Positions 63,196 through 64,000 of a DNA stretch of 64,000 bases are shown here, piece after piece. Each line of letters opens with the position of its first letter. The first letter of the stretch is position 1. The position numbers and the translations under genes were made by a program. The stretch comes from Bdellovibrionota bacterium (GTDB taxonomy: Bacteria; Bdellovibrionota; Bdellovibrionia; Bdellovibrionales; JAMPXM01): NCBI GenBank assembly GCA_963170185.1, contig CAUJGS010000041.1, positions 8,262 through 72,261 on the forward strand, read 5' to 3'. Under the pieces are notes generated by a model. It saw only the letters and a program-made list of their open reading frames with translations. It searched no databases and had not been told where the DNA came from.

Positions 63196-64000
63196 TTATT
63201 TGAGGCGGTCGCCGAAGTGGCTTAAAAAGCGGCGGTGAAGGTCTTTGTCGCCGTAAATGTCGGTTGAGTCGGAAAGTTCGTTCCTCGAGTAGCCGGAAGA
63301 TATGTCGTGAATCTTTACGGCTCCACTGGCCGAAACGGCGGAACCGGATTTGCTGACGGAGGCGGCATTGGTGAGATCGGCATGAATGTGAGTGGTGTGG
63401 ATGGAGGACGCATTGGTGGATACGGCATTGGTGGGATCGGCATGAATGGGAGTGGTATGCGTGAAGGAAGCATGTGCGAGAGTGGCGTGAATGCGCCAGG
63501 TGCGAAACGAAGCCGTGAATTTCGTCTCAGCGCTTTCAAGTTCTGAGGCGGTACTCGATCTTGTAGTTGAACCGGGAACAGAAACATTGTCGCCCACCGC
63601 GGGAACAATCTCGATTCGTTTTCTTGTTTGATCTAGCGGTTGATAGCGAAGCTGTTCGAAAATAAAGGGGCGCAAACGTGCTTCGCCCTCTGCTTCCAGC
63701 CAGTCGAGTTTTTCTTTTGCTATCGCGGATTCTTCGATGGAGTGGGGAGGGGGAAGAAGATCGATCCACCCGGCGCGGGCATCGGGAAACGAATCGGCCT
63801 CTGGAACATAAGGCTTGATGTCGTAAATCGGAGTGCCGTCTAAGAGATCGTGGTGCGAGATGCGAACCGAGCGACCTTCGATTCCCAAAAGCCGAACACA
63901 GCTTAAACCTAAGCCGTTTGGTCGATGTGGCGCACGTGTTGCGAAGACGCCTTTTAACGAACCGTCACCGCGCGGTGGCTTTGTTTGCGGAAGCCAAGAC
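63196..64000 (-). CDS. trmO: tRNA (t6A37) methyltransferase TrmO/TsaA (5' end outside window)
   Basis: The frame stays open to the window edge. FATRAPHRPNGLGLSCVRLLGIEGRSVRISHHDLLDGTPIYDIKPYVP is the TsaA-domain signature. The C-terminal domain has a repeat-bearing insertion. Confidence 0.85.
   Translation of the reverse strand, partial: SWLPQTKPPRGDGSLKGVFATRAPHRPNGLGLSCVRLLGIEGRSVRISHHDLLDGTPIYDIKPYVPEADSFPDARAGWIDLLPPPHSIEESAIAKEKLDWLEAEGEARLRPFIFEQLRYQPLDQTRKRIEIVPAVGDNVSVPGSTTRSSTASELESAETKFTASFRTWRIHATLAHASFTHTTPIHADPTNAVSTNASSIHTTHIHADLTNAASVSKSGSAVSASGAVKIHDISSGYSRNELSDSTDIYGDKDLHRRFLSHFGDRLK

Overview
64-kb chromosomal segment of a moderately GC-rich Gram-negative bacterium. The gene content is reminiscent of Bdellovibrio-like predatory bacteria: many lipoproteins and secreted Zn-proteases, a TIGR02147-like HTH protein, a DUF2157/GDYXXLXY pair and a CHASE3 hybrid kinase. 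That taxonomic reading is inference only. I call about 58 protein-coding genes, one tRNA(CAU), five intrinsic terminators and several repeat or regulatory elements. Recognisable blocks are: two two-component systems; a delta-9 desaturase; a tesA/ybbA/ybbP-like block; a polyphosphate/phosphate cluster (ppk1, SixA-like, ppx, PHP, pstS); family-5 UDG; an outer-membrane protein plus a 1402-aa metzincin lipoprotein; an RsmB-like methyltransferase; an SDR; a pirin; an ABC-2 transporter; a DOPA-dioxygenase-like gene; MutT; TrmO. No rRNA, CRISPR array, prophage or known defence island was recognised. Signals worth a second look: (1) a family of two-hairpin repeats sits directly after stop codons at four loci (13.3, 20.7, 40.6, 54.7 kb). 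Its linkers are conserved, its stems carry compensatory changes, and it has a strand-specific G.U pair. (2) Two paralogous RAYT-like HUH (IS200-type) genes share a conserved 5' flank with leaderless-type promoter geometry; copy 2 carries an expanded G-rich, Gly/Cys-coding tract. (3) A 1.3-kb ORF-poor region (29.6-30.9 kb) holds a strongly SD-led 45-codon sORF, hairpins, direct repeats and an orphan SD. (4) A 1666-aa secreted M48-peptidase/ABC1-kinase fusion protein. (5) One frameshift-split gene and one truncated gene. All domain calls were made by eye from motifs and need HMM confirmation.
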